Assembly: GCA_036752825.1 (NCBI GenBank)
Contig: DAIORV010000003.1
Span: 3,674 to 67,673 of the forward strand
Source of the DNA: Chloroflexota bacterium
GTDB lineage: Bacteria > Chloroflexota > UBA5177
Length of the DNA: 64,000 bases
Direction of reading: 5' to 3'
Positions 38,632 to 48,781 of this stretch are shown here, piece by piece (the first letter of the stretch is position 1; every line of letters begins with the position of its first letter). The position numbers and the translations under genes are program-made. A model generated the notes under the pieces. That model was not told the DNA's origin and made no database searches. It saw only the letters and a program-made list of their open reading frames with translations.

Positions 38632-39603
38632 TTAGCCGGCGGTCATCAGCGGTACTTCCTCCGCTGCTTCGATGCGCTGTTCCAACGCCCTGCTCGTTCG
38701 CTGATACTCGCTCAGACGACGCTTCTTATCAACCAGCGTACCGCGAACCATGGCCTGCTCCAACAGAGCCCCCGAGTCCTGGTACTGCCTTTCGAGGGCA
38801 AGCACCTCTTCCTCAAGTCGGATCTCGGATTCGCGACTCTTTTTCAGCTCGGCGCGCCAGACATCTATGGTTGGTACCGCCTGCGCCTGCTGGCTCGCTA
38901 CACGGTGTGAGGCTTTTTGCTCCTCGACCCTTTCGGCCTCGCGCCGCAAGGATTCAGCCTCCGCTTTCAGGCTGTTAAGAACTTCTTGCCTGGCTTCACG
39001 CCCTCGCAGCGACTCGAAAAATCTCCCAACCGCGTTACGCGCCTCGCCGTATCTCTGGGCACTGAGGTGCTCTCGGGCGGAGTCCAGGGTCTGCCTGAGA
39101 TGCGCTTCGTTCTCCGCCCAGGCCTCGGTAAGCCGAGTCCATACGTTCTGGCTGGCTTCCTTCCAAGCGTCCCAGACCTGTTGTCGGTCGGCGGGCACGA
39201 GGGGCGAACCTTTGTCGAAAGCCTCTCGTACGGAGTCTAGTTGCCGGCGCACCGCGCGCAGCTCTTTAGGGTCTTCAATTCCTTCGGCCCGCGAGCGATG
39301 CTCGGCGATCGAGGCCAAAAGCTCTACCCGGCGCTCTCCGGAGCGCGCATAGGTTCCTTCCTGAGCTTTGTAGGCTTTTGAACCCAAAGAACGCAGTTTC
39401 CGCTCCAGATCGAGCTTATCCTCGAGCCGGATCGCCGGAGCTATTCTTACTCGTTCTTTGAGCTCCTTGAAACGAGGCCAGAACCCGCGAAAACCTGCAT
39501 CGATTGACTCCGAAAAGTAGTCGACCTCCAGCGCTTTGAGTTCTTGGTTCAGATGGGCTGCGACCTGATCCGCCTGGATCTGCCACTGTTGCCAATCTTC
39601 CAT
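38632..39603 (-). CDS. Alpha-helical/coiled-coil protein with DUF349-like repeats
   Basis: GAAGGAG RBS. W/F-rich helical repeats FWPRFKELKERVR and DRQQVWDAWKE, then a long coiled coil. DUF349 call is by resemblance only. Confidence 0.65.
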   Translation of the reverse strand: MEDWQQWQIQADQVAAHLNQELKALEVDYFSESIDAGFRGFWPRFKELKERVRIAPAIRLEDKLDLERKLRSLGSKAYKAQEGTYARSGERRVELLASIAEHRSRAEGIEDPKELRAVRRQLDSVREAFDKGSPLVPADRQQVWDAWKEASQNVWTRLTEAWAENEAHLRQTLDSAREHLSAQRYGEARNAVGRFFESLRGREARQEVLNSLKAEAESLRREAERVEEQKASHRVASQQAQAVPTIDVWRAELKKSRESEIRLEEEVLALERQYQDSGALLEQAMVRGTLVDKKRRLSEYQRTSRALEQRIEAAEEVPLMTAG

Positions 39604-39641
39604 CGTGATGACTCTCCTTCAGGCACACAGGGTGGCCGCAG

Positions 39642-39670
39642 AAAAATGAAGAGCCCTGGAATGAGGCTCT
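39642..39670 (-). terminator. Intrinsic terminator after tRNA-His
   Basis: AGAGCC/GGCTCT stem followed by TCATTTTT on the minus strand. Confidence 0.6.
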
Positions 39671-39692
39671 CCATCACAAAAACGTGCAAATG

Positions 39693-39769
39693 TGGGGTGA
39701 CCGATGGGGCTCGAACCCACAACCGCTGGAGCCACAATCCAGAGCTCTGCCAATTGAGCTACGGTCACC
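39693..39769 (-). tRNA. tRNA-His (GTG) with G-1 and encoded CCA
   Basis: G-GTGACCG acceptor stem, anticodon arm CTGGA-TTGTGGC-TCCAG, T arm GTGGG-TTCGAGC-CCCAT, ends CCA. Confidence 0.97.
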
Positions 39770-39923
39770 ATATGGCTCGGTGCATGGGCGCAGACGGCCC
39801 TGGGTGCCCCGCCGCGCCTGAATTGTACCATAGGGTCAGGCGCTCGATCTTCATCTAGACTTCATCTTCCGGCTCTGGTATGGTAAGTGTCGTTCGTAGC
39901 GCGTAATCTTCTGGGGGGTCCTC

Positions 39924-40538
39924 GTGAATTTTCGTTATCCGGCTCGTTTTCTGACGGTCATTGGGTGCTTTGCTTTGACGGCATCCGGGGCGCTGGCGGC
40001 AAGTCCGAAACCGGCGCATTCTAAGCCCGTCGTTTCGTCAAAGAAGACTCATAAACCCGTGAAGGTCGTGGTTCCAGCCGGCTGGCCCAAATTCGTCATG
40101 ATCCCTCGGCTGAATGTTCGAGCACCAGTGGAATCCCTCGATCTCAGCAAGTCTCTTCCAACGCACGCGCCTTATCGGTGGGGAGATGTGGCCTGGTATG
40201 ACCGTGGTCCCAAGCCCGGCCAATTGGGGCGAGCAAACGTATTTGGCCATCTTGATTCGACCTGCTGCCCGGCAGTCTTCTGGCAGCTAAAGACCTTGAA
40301 ACCAGGTGACATTGCCGAGGTCCAGTACAAGAAGGGTTCGCCGCTCAAGTTCAAAGTCATCTGGAGCCAGAACTATCTCAACTCCAAGCTTCCCATCAAA
40401 TTTATGTTCGGACCGGCCAGCCAGCATGGCCTCGTCCTGACCACGTGCAGCGGGGTCTTCCATACGGACGGCACGGGGTACGATCACAAATTGCTCGTGT
40501 ACGCGCGTCTGATTCTGCCTAACGGCAGTCTGGGCTGA
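39924..40538 (+). CDS. Class F sortase
   Basis: Signal/anchor sequence, IPRLNVRAPV, VAWY, PGQLG, FGHLD, AVFWQLKTLKPGD, LVLTTC. Confidence 0.92.
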   Translation: MNFRYPARFLTVIGCFALTASGALAASPKPAHSKPVVSSKKTHKPVKVVVPAGWPKFVMIPRLNVRAPVESLDLSKSLPTHAPYRWGDVAWYDRGPKPGQLGRANVFGHLDSTCCPAVFWQLKTLKPGDIAEVQYKKGSPLKFKVIWSQNYLNSKLPIKFMFGPASQHGLVLTTCSGVFHTDGTGYDHKLLVYARLILPNGSLG

Positions 40539-40643
40539 TCGCACCGAATCTCTCGGAAAACGGGTGACTAGCGACAAGTCTCTTAACTTTCCCGCAGGAT
40601 ACGGGAATGGATAAGCGTCGACACGTGCCTTTGCCGGGCGACG

Positions 40644-40720
<77 letters not shown>

Positions 40721-40755
40721 GCGCGCACCAGTCTACTGAAGCTGGAATGCAGGCC

Positions 40756-42234
40756 TCAACCCGCTGGAGACTCGCTTGGGGGGCCGGGGAGACCAAGTTC
40801 GTTCTCGAGAATGGAACGAACTACGCTCGGATTGGCTCGGCCTCCGCTTGCCTTGATCGTCTTGCCCAGGAGGACGTTCAGCGCGGCGGCTTTGCCGCGC
40901 CGATAGTCTGTGACCACTCCCGGATTCTCGGAGATGACTGTTTTCACGATCTCAGTCAGGGCCTCGTTGTCGTCCATCTGGCTGAGATTGAGCCGCTCCA
41001 CGATTGTTTCGGGGCCTTCTCCCGTCTCAAACATTGCCTCCAGCACCTGCTTCCCCGCCGCATTGCTGATCCTGGCGCCTGAAACGAGGGCGATAAGCCG
41101 GCCGAAGTCCGCCGCGGAAAAGGGAAGCGATGCGATCTCCGATTGACTTTCATGTAGCAAACGGAGGAGATCCCCGTGACTCCAGTTGGCGACTTCCATT
41201 CCCGTCGCAGGGGAGGCGGCGAGAGCGGCAGCCTCGAAAAAGTCGGACAGTGCAAGGTCCGCAGTGAGCACGTGCGCGGCCTCGGCCGTGATGCCGTACT
41301 CGCGCCGGAGCCGGCTCCTCTTCTCCGCCGGCATCTCGGGAAGCGATTGGCGGATCTCGGCCACCCTATCGGCGGAAAACGTGATCAGCGGCAGGTCGGG
41401 CTCAGGGAAATACCGGTAATCGTCCGCATACTCCTTGGTGCGCTGAGCGATCGTTGCATCCCGAGCCTCGGACCAGCCCCGCGTCTCCTGAACCAACGGG
41501 TGACCGGCACTCACCGCCTCTCGCTGGCGCTCGATCTCGTACTCTAGGGCTCGCTGCACGGAGCGAAAGCTATTGAGGTTCTTGACCTCGACTTTGACTC
41601 CCGGCTCGCGGTCCGCCTTACGCAGCGACACGTTTAAGTCTGCTCGCATGCTGCCTTCCTGGAGGTTACCGTCGCACACGCCGAGGTACATCAGGATCTG
41701 TCTGAGGGTCGAAAAGAAGTCCCGGGCAGCCTCGGGCGATTTGAGGTCTGGCGCACCTACGATCTCCATGAGGGGTATCCCGCACCGGTTGTAATCGACG
41801 AGGCTCACATCGCTGCCGTCGAGGCTCACGTGAGACGTCTTGCCCGTGTCCTCTTCCAGATGAACTCTGATGATGCCGCATCGCGTGCTGAGCATCTCAT
41901 CGCCGAGATCAAGCCAGCCCTGGACACCGATCGGCTGCTCGTATTGCGAGATCTGGTATCCCTTTGGCAGATCAGGATATGAATAGTTCTTCCGGTCGAA
42001 CTTGCTGATCTGCGCGACTTCACAATGGAGGGCCAGAGCGGTCATCAAAGTCATCTCAACCGCTCGTTGGTTGATCACCGGCAGTGCGCCCGGCATGCCA
42101 GAGCAAAGGTCGCAGCAGTGAGTATTCGGAGCAGCGTTGGCGTACGCCGCGCTACACCCGCAGAACATCTTGCTCTGGGTCAGGAGCTGCGCGTGGACTT
42201 CCAAACCGATCACCGGAACCAGCTCGCCCGTCAC
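40756..42234 (-). CDS. gatB: Asp/Glu-tRNA amidotransferase subunit B
   Basis: IGLEVHAQL, FDRKNYSYPDLPKGYQISQY, HLEED, DYNRCG-PLMEIV, GSMRADLNVS, DYRYFPEPDL. Confidence 0.98.
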   Translation of the reverse strand: MTGELVPVIGLEVHAQLLTQSKMFCGCSAAYANAAPNTHCCDLCSGMPGALPVINQRAVEMTLMTALALHCEVAQISKFDRKNYSYPDLPKGYQISQYEQPIGVQGWLDLGDEMLSTRCGIIRVHLEEDTGKTSHVSLDGSDVSLVDYNRCGIPLMEIVGAPDLKSPEAARDFFSTLRQILMYLGVCDGNLQEGSMRADLNVSLRKADREPGVKVEVKNLNSFRSVQRALEYEIERQREAVSAGHPLVQETRGWSEARDATIAQRTKEYADDYRYFPEPDLPLITFSADRVAEIRQSLPEMPAEKRSRLRREYGITAEAAHVLTADLALSDFFEAAALAASPATGMEVANWSHGDLLRLLHESQSEIASLPFSAADFGRLIALVSGARISNAAGKQVLEAMFETGEGPETIVERLNLSQMDDNEALTEIVKTVISENPGVVTDYRRGKAAALNVLLGKTIKASGGRANPSVVRSILENELGLPGPPSESPAG

Positions 42235-43730
42235 GAATCGCTCCCAACATCCGCCGTATTTGCCTCTCGCAGTGGGGGGCGAGCCAGGTGATAGTCGGTA
42301 CTCTGCTCGAATGCGTGGGCGACGCGCAGCACCAGCTGCTCACCGAGAGCCGGTCCAATGACCTGCAAGCCGACAGGTAGGTCGTGCGCGAACCCGCAGG
42401 GAATCGATACGGCCGGCACGCCCGCCATACTCGCGGGCACCGTATAGACGTCACTGAGATACATCTGAAGCGGGTCGGAAACCTTTTCGCCTAGGCGAAA
42501 CGCCGGAGTGGGTGCAGTCGGAGTGATCAGGGCGTCGACGGTCTCGAAAACCTTCTCAAAGTCCTGGCGGACCAACGTTCGGACGCGCTGGGCCTTTACA
42601 TAATAAGCATCGTAATAGCCTGCTGAGAGGACGTAAGTTCCGAGCAAGATGCGGCGCTTTACCTCAGAGCCAAAACCCGTTTCGCGAGTTCGCGAGAACA
42701 TTTCCCAGACGTCTGCGCCTCGCTCGCATAGGCCGTACCGAACCCCGTCGAAGCGTGCCAGGTTTGCCATGGCTTCGGCAGGAGAGATTACGTAGTAGGT
42801 CGACAAGCCGTGCTCGGTCATGGGCAGAGAAACCGGCTGCAAAGCAGCCCCAAGGTCTCGGTAGACGCCGATGGCGAGCTCCAGTGCGTGGCGAACTTCA
42901 GAGCTCATGCCTTCGGCGAAATACTCGTTGGGGACCCCTAACCGCAGGCCTCGAACGTCGCCCGTCAGACCGGAAACGTAGTCGGGAACAAGAGCATCGA
43001 TGGATGTCGAGTCGCGCGGATCGCGTCCGGCAATGGCCCCGAGGACCACTGCCACATCCCTTACTGAACGTGTGATTGGACCGGGCTGGTCGAGCGACGA
43101 GCCGAACGCCACCAGCCCATAGCGCGATACGCGACCGTACGTCGGCTTGAGTCCGACGGTGCCGGTGAGAGCGGCGGGCTGACGGATCGATCCGCCGGTG
43201 TCGGTTCCCATCGCGAATACGACCTCTCCTGATGCCACGGCGGCCGCCGAGCCTCCACTCGATCCTCCGGGCACCCGTTCCGGATCCCATGGATTGCGCG
43301 TCGGGAAGAAGGCACTGTTCTCCGTCGAGCTGCCCATGGCAAATTCATCCATATTCGTCTTCCCAATGAGGACTGCTCCGGCATCGAAAAGACGATCCAC
43401 GGCGGTGGCGTTGAATTGCGGAACATAGGACTCAAGAATCCGAGAGCCACAGGTCGTGGGAATGCTTCGCGTTGAGAAGATGTCTTTCAGACCCATAGGA
43501 ATTCCACAGAGTGGAGTAAATTCTCCGCGAGCCAAACGCTCATCGGCATGGCGCGCCTGCAGCAAAGCCAGATCGCTCGTAAGCAAGAGCATGGCGTTCA
43601 AGCGTCCGTCACACTCCTCGACACGTCTCAGCGCCGCCTCCGTCAGCTCAACGGACGATATTTCACGGCGCGACAGCAGATCCGACGCCTCGGCAATGGA
43701 CAGGTAGTTCAATTCGTCACGCTGCATCAA
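42231..43730 (-). CDS. gatA: Asp/Glu-tRNA amidotransferase subunit A
   Basis: KTNMDEFAMGSSTE, PGGSSGGSA, GTDTGGSIRQP, RRILLGTYVLSAGYYDAYY. Confidence 0.98.
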   Translation of the reverse strand: MMQRDELNYLSIAEASDLLSRREISSVELTEAALRRVEECDGRLNAMLLLTSDLALLQARHADERLARGEFTPLCGIPMGLKDIFSTRSIPTTCGSRILESYVPQFNATAVDRLFDAGAVLIGKTNMDEFAMGSSTENSAFFPTRNPWDPERVPGGSSGGSAAAVASGEVVFAMGTDTGGSIRQPAALTGTVGLKPTYGRVSRYGLVAFGSSLDQPGPITRSVRDVAVVLGAIAGRDPRDSTSIDALVPDYVSGLTGDVRGLRLGVPNEYFAEGMSSEVRHALELAIGVYRDLGAALQPVSLPMTEHGLSTYYVISPAEAMANLARFDGVRYGLCERGADVWEMFSRTRETGFGSEVKRRILLGTYVLSAGYYDAYYVKAQRVRTLVRQDFEKVFETVDALITPTAPTPAFRLGEKVSDPLQMYLSDVYTVPASMAGVPAVSIPCGFAHDLPVGLQVIGPALGEQLVLRVAHAFEQSTDYHLARPPLREANTADVGSDS

Positions 43731-43778
43731 ACGGCGCTCGCCTTTCGCAGTTCACTCGGAGCGGATCAAAGGCCCGAG

Positions 43779-44066
43779 TCAGTCGAGGACGGCCTGGACT
43801 TCGAAAAGGTCGCCCTCGCGGTGGGGCGCGTTGGCGAGCACTTCCGCCGCCGACCAGGATGGCGCAACGACGTCAGCGCGCATCACGTCTCGAACGGGAA
43901 CCGCGTGTCCGGTCGGTTCTACGCCGTCGGTATCCACCTGTTGAAGCTTGGAAACGTGCGCGAGGACCGTGGAGAGCTGGCCTGCCATTTCGTCAATCTC
44001 CGTCTCGGAGAGACCAATGTACGCGAGGCGGGTGATGCGCTCGACGATGCTGCGATCTATGGTCAT
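43779..44066 (-). CDS. gatC: Asp/Glu-tRNA amidotransferase subunit C
   Basis: ITRLAYIGL, VDTDGVEPT, MRADV, LANAP, FEVQAVL. RBS AGGAG. Confidence 0.95.
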   Translation of the reverse strand: MTIDRSIVERITRLAYIGLSETEIDEMAGQLSTVLAHVSKLQQVDTDGVEPTGHAVPVRDVMRADVVAPSWSAAEVLANAPHREGDLFEVQAVLD

Positions 44067-44119
44067 GCGGCCTGCTCCTGAAGACGGATTGTAACACTCC
44101 GCTGTTTCAAACGCGGGCG

Positions 44120-44614
44120 TCAACGCCTCTTTTTTCGCTTGCTCGGGCGCTTTCTGTGAATCTCTGGTCGACTGCGAGCGAGTCGTGACGCGCCCGCTAT
44201 GGGAAAAGCTGCAAGGCCCAAAACTGCTCCAGCCAACAGTCCAGCCAGCACGCCGACCCCGACGGTTGCACCGAAGGAGGAAACGGTGATGGAGCTGCTC
44301 GAGGTCGAGCCCGAACCCGAGCCGAGGAAGAGATCGAGAACCGACGCAGAGACGGTCGCAATGATCCCCGCCACGACGCCGTCGGCCATGGCGGCCTGCC
44401 AGAGCGGCTCCGGCCGAGCCCTCGGCCCCTCAGACGAAAAAACGAGAAAGGCCGTCATGCCGGCAATCGCGGCCCAGAGTACCGCGTTTACGGCGACCGG
44501 AGGAGCATCACTCATTAGGAGGGAGGAAACGACCCCTCCGACAGCTCCACCCATGGCGAAGAGTGGGGATACTGCTTTGCCTGCTTCTGCGTGTGGATAG
44601 CGGCGCGCGAGCAT
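44120..44614 (-). CDS. Hypothetical 4-TM membrane protein with basic C-terminal tail (leaderless)
   Basis: Four hydrophobic Gly/Ala-rich segments and tail RKRPSKRKKRR. TACCAT lies 5 nt before the ATG. Confidence 0.7.
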   Translation of the reverse strand: MLARRYPHAEAGKAVSPLFAMGGAVGGVVSSLLMSDAPPVAVNAVLWAAIAGMTAFLVFSSEGPRARPEPLWQAAMADGVVAGIIATVSASVLDLFLGSGSGSTSSSSITVSSFGATVGVGVLAGLLAGAVLGLAAFPIAGASRLARSRPEIHRKRPSKRKKRR

Positions 44615-44653
44615 CCGTCATGGTATCAGCGACTGGCAGGCTAAGCGGTCGGG

Positions 44654-47266
44654 CTAAACGCCAATCGGCTCCGGAGAGGCAGTGCGAAAAGTGAGGTGGT
44701 CTCCATCGCGATCCACCAGCACCGTGTCCCCATCCGCGAACTCTCCCTGAAGGACCCGCATTGCCAGCGGATCCAGTATGTTCTTCTGAATGGCACGCTT
44801 TAATGGTCTCGCGCCGTACACGGGATCCCAGCCTTTCTCGGCTAGAAATGCTCGAGCTACAGTTGTGAGCTCGATCGACAGCTTGCGTGCGCCAAGCCTG
44901 CGCTGCAGACCGGCCAGCTGGATTTCGACGATCTTCTCAATCTCTTCTTTGGTCAAAGCGTGGAAGATGATGATCTCGTCGACCCGATTCAAGAATTCGG
45001 GCCTGAAGTTGGCACGTAGCATTTCGGTGACGGCATCCCGCATGTCCTCGTAGCTCTCGTGCTGCATGTCCTGGATAAGGGTGCTCCCCACGTTGGAGGT
45101 CATGATGACCACTGAGTTCTTGAAATCGACGGCGCGCCCCTGGCCGTCTGTGAGCCGGCCGTCATCGAGGATCTGAAGCAGTACGTTGAACACGTCGGGG
45201 TGCGCCTTGTCGATTTCGTCGAGCAAGATAACCGAGTAAGGCCGCCGCCGAACCGCCTCCGTCAGCTGGCCTCCCTCCTCGTAGCCGACGTAGCCAGGAG
45301 GAGCGCCGATGAGCCTGGCAACTGTATGCTTTTCCATGTACTCGGACATATCTATCCGGACCATGGCCTGCTCATCGTCGAAGAGGAATTCGGCAAGGGC
45401 TTTAGCCAGCTCTGTTTTTCCGACGCCTGTGGGCCCCAGAAAGATGAATGAACCGAGAGGTCGATTGGGGTCCTGAAGGCCCGCTCGAGCACGGCGCACG
45501 GCGTTGGCAACCGCCTCGATTGCCTCTTCTTGACCGACGATCCGGTCGTGCAGGCGCTCCTCCATGGTGACTAGCTTCTGGACCTCGCCTTCCAGCAGTC
45601 GGGTGACTGGAATGCCGGTCCATTTGGCTACAACCTCGGCGACGTCATCCTCGCCCACTTCTTCTTTCAGCATGGCCCCCCGACTTTGAAGATCCGCGAG
45701 GCGGCTTTCGGCCTCCGTCAAGCGTTTTTCAAGCTCTACCATGCGCCCGTAGCGGAGCTCCGCTGCCTTGGCGAGATCGGTCTGTCGTTCTGCCCGTTCT
45801 ATGTCCTGCTTGGTCTGTTCAATCTCTTCGCGAGTGCTTCGGATGGCGGCTATCGCCTCTTTCTCGGCCTCCCACTGAGCTTTGAGCTCATCGGACTGCG
45901 ACCGAAGCTCCGCGATTTCCTTCTGGATTCGGTCATAGCGTTCCCTGGTTGCCTCGTTTCCGGCCTCGGCGCCGAGTGCCGTGCTCTCGATCTGGAGCTG
46001 CATGATGCGCCGCTCGATCTGATCGATCTCGTACGGCATGGAATCGATTTCCATGCGCAGGCGGCTCGCCGCTTCATCGATGAGATCTATAGCCTTGTCC
46101 GGTAGAAATCGATCTGTGATGTATCGGTTGGAGAATACAGCAGCCGCCACAAGCGCGGCGTCCGTGATTTTGACGCCGTGGTGGACTTCGTATCGCTCCT
46201 TCAGTCCACGCAGGATGCTTATGGTGTCGTCCACGTCCGGCTCTGGGACCATCACCGGCTGAAACCGCCGTTCGAGAGCCGCATCCTTCTCGATGTATTT
46301 GCGGTACTCGTCCAGGGTGGTGGCGCCCACCAGACGCAGCTCGCCGCGGGCCAGCATCGGTTTCAACATGTTTCCGGCATCCATGGCGCCTTCTGCCGCG
46401 CCGGCTCCCACGACCGTGTGGAGCTCGTCGATGAAGAGGATGATCTCTCCCTGCCCTTCCTGGACCTCTTTGAGAGCAGCCTTCAACCTCTCCTCGAACT
46501 CGCCTCGGTACTTCGCTCCGGCAACCATTGCCGCCAGGTCCAGCTGAATCACGCGTTTGCCTTTTAGAGGCTCGGGAACGTCTTCGTCAACGATTCGTTT
46601 GGCAAGACCCTCGACGATTGCCGTTTTGCCGACTCCGGGCTCGCCTATCAGCACTGGATTGTTCTTGGTGCGGCGAGACAGCACCTGGATCACGCGCCTG
46701 ATCTCTTCGTCCCGGCCTATCACCGGGTCGACCTTTCCGCGCCGGGCCTGATCGGTCAAGTCACGCCCGTATCTCTCAAGAGCTTGATACTTGCCCTCCG
46801 GGTTTTGATCCGTCACGTGCTGGCCACCGCGAATGGAGGTGAGTGCCGAAAGCACCTGTCCACTGGTAAGCCCGTTCGAGCGAAGCATCTTGCCGACTGT
46901 GCTTGAATCGCGCTCGTCGACCATTGAAAGCAAGAGGTGCTCAACCGAGACGTACTCATCTCGCATGTCCTCCATGATGTCGTGGGCTCTCACCAACGCC
47001 GAGCGGAGCTCCGCGGAGATGGCCGGCTGCGATGCACCGCCATAGGCAGTTGCCAGCCGATCTAGGAGCTGGCTGTTTTCACGCTGGATCGCATCAACGC
47101 TGGCTCCCACCTTGGCGATGATGCTGGGAGCCAGTCCCTCGGGCTGCTGCAACAGAGCCGCTAGAAGGTGTTCCTCTTCAACCTGGGTGTTTCCTCGCTC
47201 CGCAGCAAGCTCCTGCGCTGCGAGAAGTGCTTGTTGGGACTTCTCCGTAAATCTCTGTGTGTTCAT
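44654..47266 (-). CDS. clpB: ATP-dependent chaperone ClpB
   Basis: Two Walker A motifs ([16 protein letters not shown]), middle coiled coil [18 protein letters not shown]. Alternative start 47281. Confidence 0.98.
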   Translation of the reverse strand: MNTQRFTEKSQQALLAAQELAAERGNTQVEEEHLLAALLQQPEGLAPSIIAKVGASVDAIQRENSQLLDRLATAYGGASQPAISAELRSALVRAHDIMEDMRDEYVSVEHLLLSMVDERDSSTVGKMLRSNGLTSGQVLSALTSIRGGQHVTDQNPEGKYQALERYGRDLTDQARRGKVDPVIGRDEEIRRVIQVLSRRTKNNPVLIGEPGVGKTAIVEGLAKRIVDEDVPEPLKGKRVIQLDLAAMVAGAKYRGEFEERLKAALKEVQEGQGEIILFIDELHTVVGAGAAEGAMDAGNMLKPMLARGELRLVGATTLDEYRKYIEKDAALERRFQPVMVPEPDVDDTISILRGLKERYEVHHGVKITDAALVAAAVFSNRYITDRFLPDKAIDLIDEAASRLRMEIDSMPYEIDQIERRIMQLQIESTALGAEAGNEATRERYDRIQKEIAELRSQSDELKAQWEAEKEAIAAIRSTREEIEQTKQDIERAERQTDLAKAAELRYGRMVELEKRLTEAESRLADLQSRGAMLKEEVGEDDVAEVVAKWTGIPVTRLLEGEVQKLVTMEERLHDRIVGQEEAIEAVANAVRRARAGLQDPNRPLGSFIFLGPTGVGKTELAKALAEFLFDDEQAMVRIDMSEYMEKHTVARLIGAPPGYVGYEEGGQLTEAVRRRPYSVILLDEIDKAHPDVFNVLLQILDDGRLTDGQGRAVDFKNSVVIMTSNVGSTLIQDMQHESYEDMRDAVTEMLRANFRPEFLNRVDEIIIFHALTKEEIEKIVEIQLAGLQRRLGARKLSIELTTVARAFLAEKGWDPVYGARPLKRAIQKNILDPLAMRVLQGEFADGDTVLVDRDGDHLTFRTASPEPIGV

Positions 47267-47293
47267 GGGCTTACCACTCACCGCTGAGGGCGG

Positions 47294-47692
47294 CTAGACG
47301 GGAGTTTCTTGCTCGTGCTGTGCGCCCTGCAGCCTTAATATGATTTCCTTTAGTCGGTGAACATCCGCTTCGTGCTGCAGGCGCACCCGTCGTACCTCTT
47401 CAGCAAACTCGTTGTGGAGCCTTTCCATTTGCTCGCGCATGTTCAGGATCACTTCCACCCCGGCCAGATTGACCCCGAGGTCTTCGATGAGGCGCCGAAT
47501 CTGCTGAACCTTCTCGATGTCTTGAGGCGAGTAATAGCGAATCTCGCCTTTGCCGCGAAAGGGCTCTACCAGACCGAGACGCTCATAGTGGCGCAAGGTC
47601 TGCTGATGGACGTTGACAAGCTCGGCCGCCACACTGATCGTGTATCTGCGTCGTTCATGCATTCTTCCATCCTTCCGTCGTTCGGCCATCAC
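47294..47692 (-). CDS. hspR: MerR-family heat-shock repressor (HspR-like)
   Basis: YTISVAAELVNVHQQTLRHYERLGL, LGVNLAGVEVIL, located between dnaJ and clpB. Confidence 0.85.
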   Translation of the reverse strand: MMAERRKDGRMHERRRYTISVAAELVNVHQQTLRHYERLGLVEPFRGKGEIRYYSPQDIEKVQQIRRLIEDLGVNLAGVEVILNMREQMERLHNEFAEEVRRVRLQHEADVHRLKEIILRLQGAQHEQETPV

Positions 47693-47701
47693 GCTTCCTC
47701 C

Positions 47702-48706
47702 CTACACGCCCGCCTGAGCAAGCTGTTGGAAAAGCTCACGCTGTTTGTCATCCAGCGTGGTGGGAAGCGTGGCGCTGAGCTTCACGTACAAGTTGCCACG
47801 CTGGCCCGTCTTTAGGTTGGGCATGCCCTGACCCGCAAGCCTGAGCGTGCGCCCGTTTTGAGAGCCGGGCGGAATCCTCATAGTGACGGGAGAGCCGAGA
47901 GTCGGAACCTGGGTTTCTCCCCCGAGAACGAGAGTCGTGATCGGCACCTGGACTTCCGTGTAGAGGTCGTCGCCCTCTCGGCGGAAGCGCGAGTCTGGAG
48001 CGATGTGAACTATCAAATAGAGGTTGCCGGCCGGGCCCCCGTTCACCCCTGGGTTGCCCTCACCGGCAATCCGCACTTTCGATCCCTCGCGGACGCCAGC
48101 GGGAATCTTGACGTCGAGACGTTTGTTCTTTGCTACAAAACCACTCCCGTGGCACGCCGGGCAGGGCTGATCTTTCACTACGCCCGTCCCGTGACACGTC
48201 TCGCAAGCTACTTGCGTCTGCAAGGTAAAAGCTCGCTGGACACCGTTCATGGCTTCCTGCAGCGTGATTTCGACCGGTTGCTCCAGGTCAGAGCCCCGCT
48301 GCGTCTGCGGCGGCCGCCCGCGTCCACGGCCGAAGATCGACCCAAGATCGAAATCGAAACCGCCGCCCGTCCCGCTGCCCCGCTGACCAAACAAGGTTTC
48401 GAAGAAGTCGCTGAAGTCGGCGCCCCCGGCGTTGGTCGTGTACGCGTAGTCCGTGCCTCCACGACCAGCTCGCCCCATGCGATTTGCCCAGTCGGGTCCC
48501 AGTGTGTCGTACGTTCGACGCTTCTCGGGATCCATTAGAACCGCATTGGCCTCGTTGATCTCCTTGAACCGAGTCTCCGCGGTTTTGTCGCCTGGGTTCA
48601 CGTCGGGATGATATTTTCGCGCGAGCTTGCGATAGGCACTTTTGATCTCTTTCTCGGAAGCCTTCTTATCGACTCCGAGAATTTTGTAGTAGTCCTTGTA
48701 TTCCAT
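47702..48706 (-). CDS. dnaJ: DnaJ-family co-chaperone with half zinc finger
   Basis: J domain with HPD, G/F-rich region, only two CxxCxGxG repeats, C-terminal domain. Confidence 0.93.
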   Translation of the reverse strand: MEYKDYYKILGVDKKASEKEIKSAYRKLARKYHPDVNPGDKTAETRFKEINEANAVLMDPEKRRTYDTLGPDWANRMGRAGRGGTDYAYTTNAGGADFSDFFETLFGQRGSGTGGGFDFDLGSIFGRGRGRPPQTQRGSDLEQPVEITLQEAMNGVQRAFTLQTQVACETCHGTGVVKDQPCPACHGSGFVAKNKRLDVKIPAGVREGSKVRIAGEGNPGVNGGPAGNLYLIVHIAPDSRFRREGDDLYTEVQVPITTLVLGGETQVPTLGSPVTMRIPPGSQNGRTLRLAGQGMPNLKTGQRGNLYVKLSATLPTTLDDKQRELFQQLAQAGV

Positions 48707-48781
48707 GCTGTGTACCCTCGCCCCGCGTGTAGAGCTCGCGCCGCTAGGCTGTCTCCACCGTTTGCAGGTTTTGACGTCCCG

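Noticed and set aside
40797-40821. GTTCGTTC...GAACGAAC repeat resembling SOS half-sites
   Set aside because: Wrong orientation and spacing for a LexA box, and it lies inside the gatB coding region.
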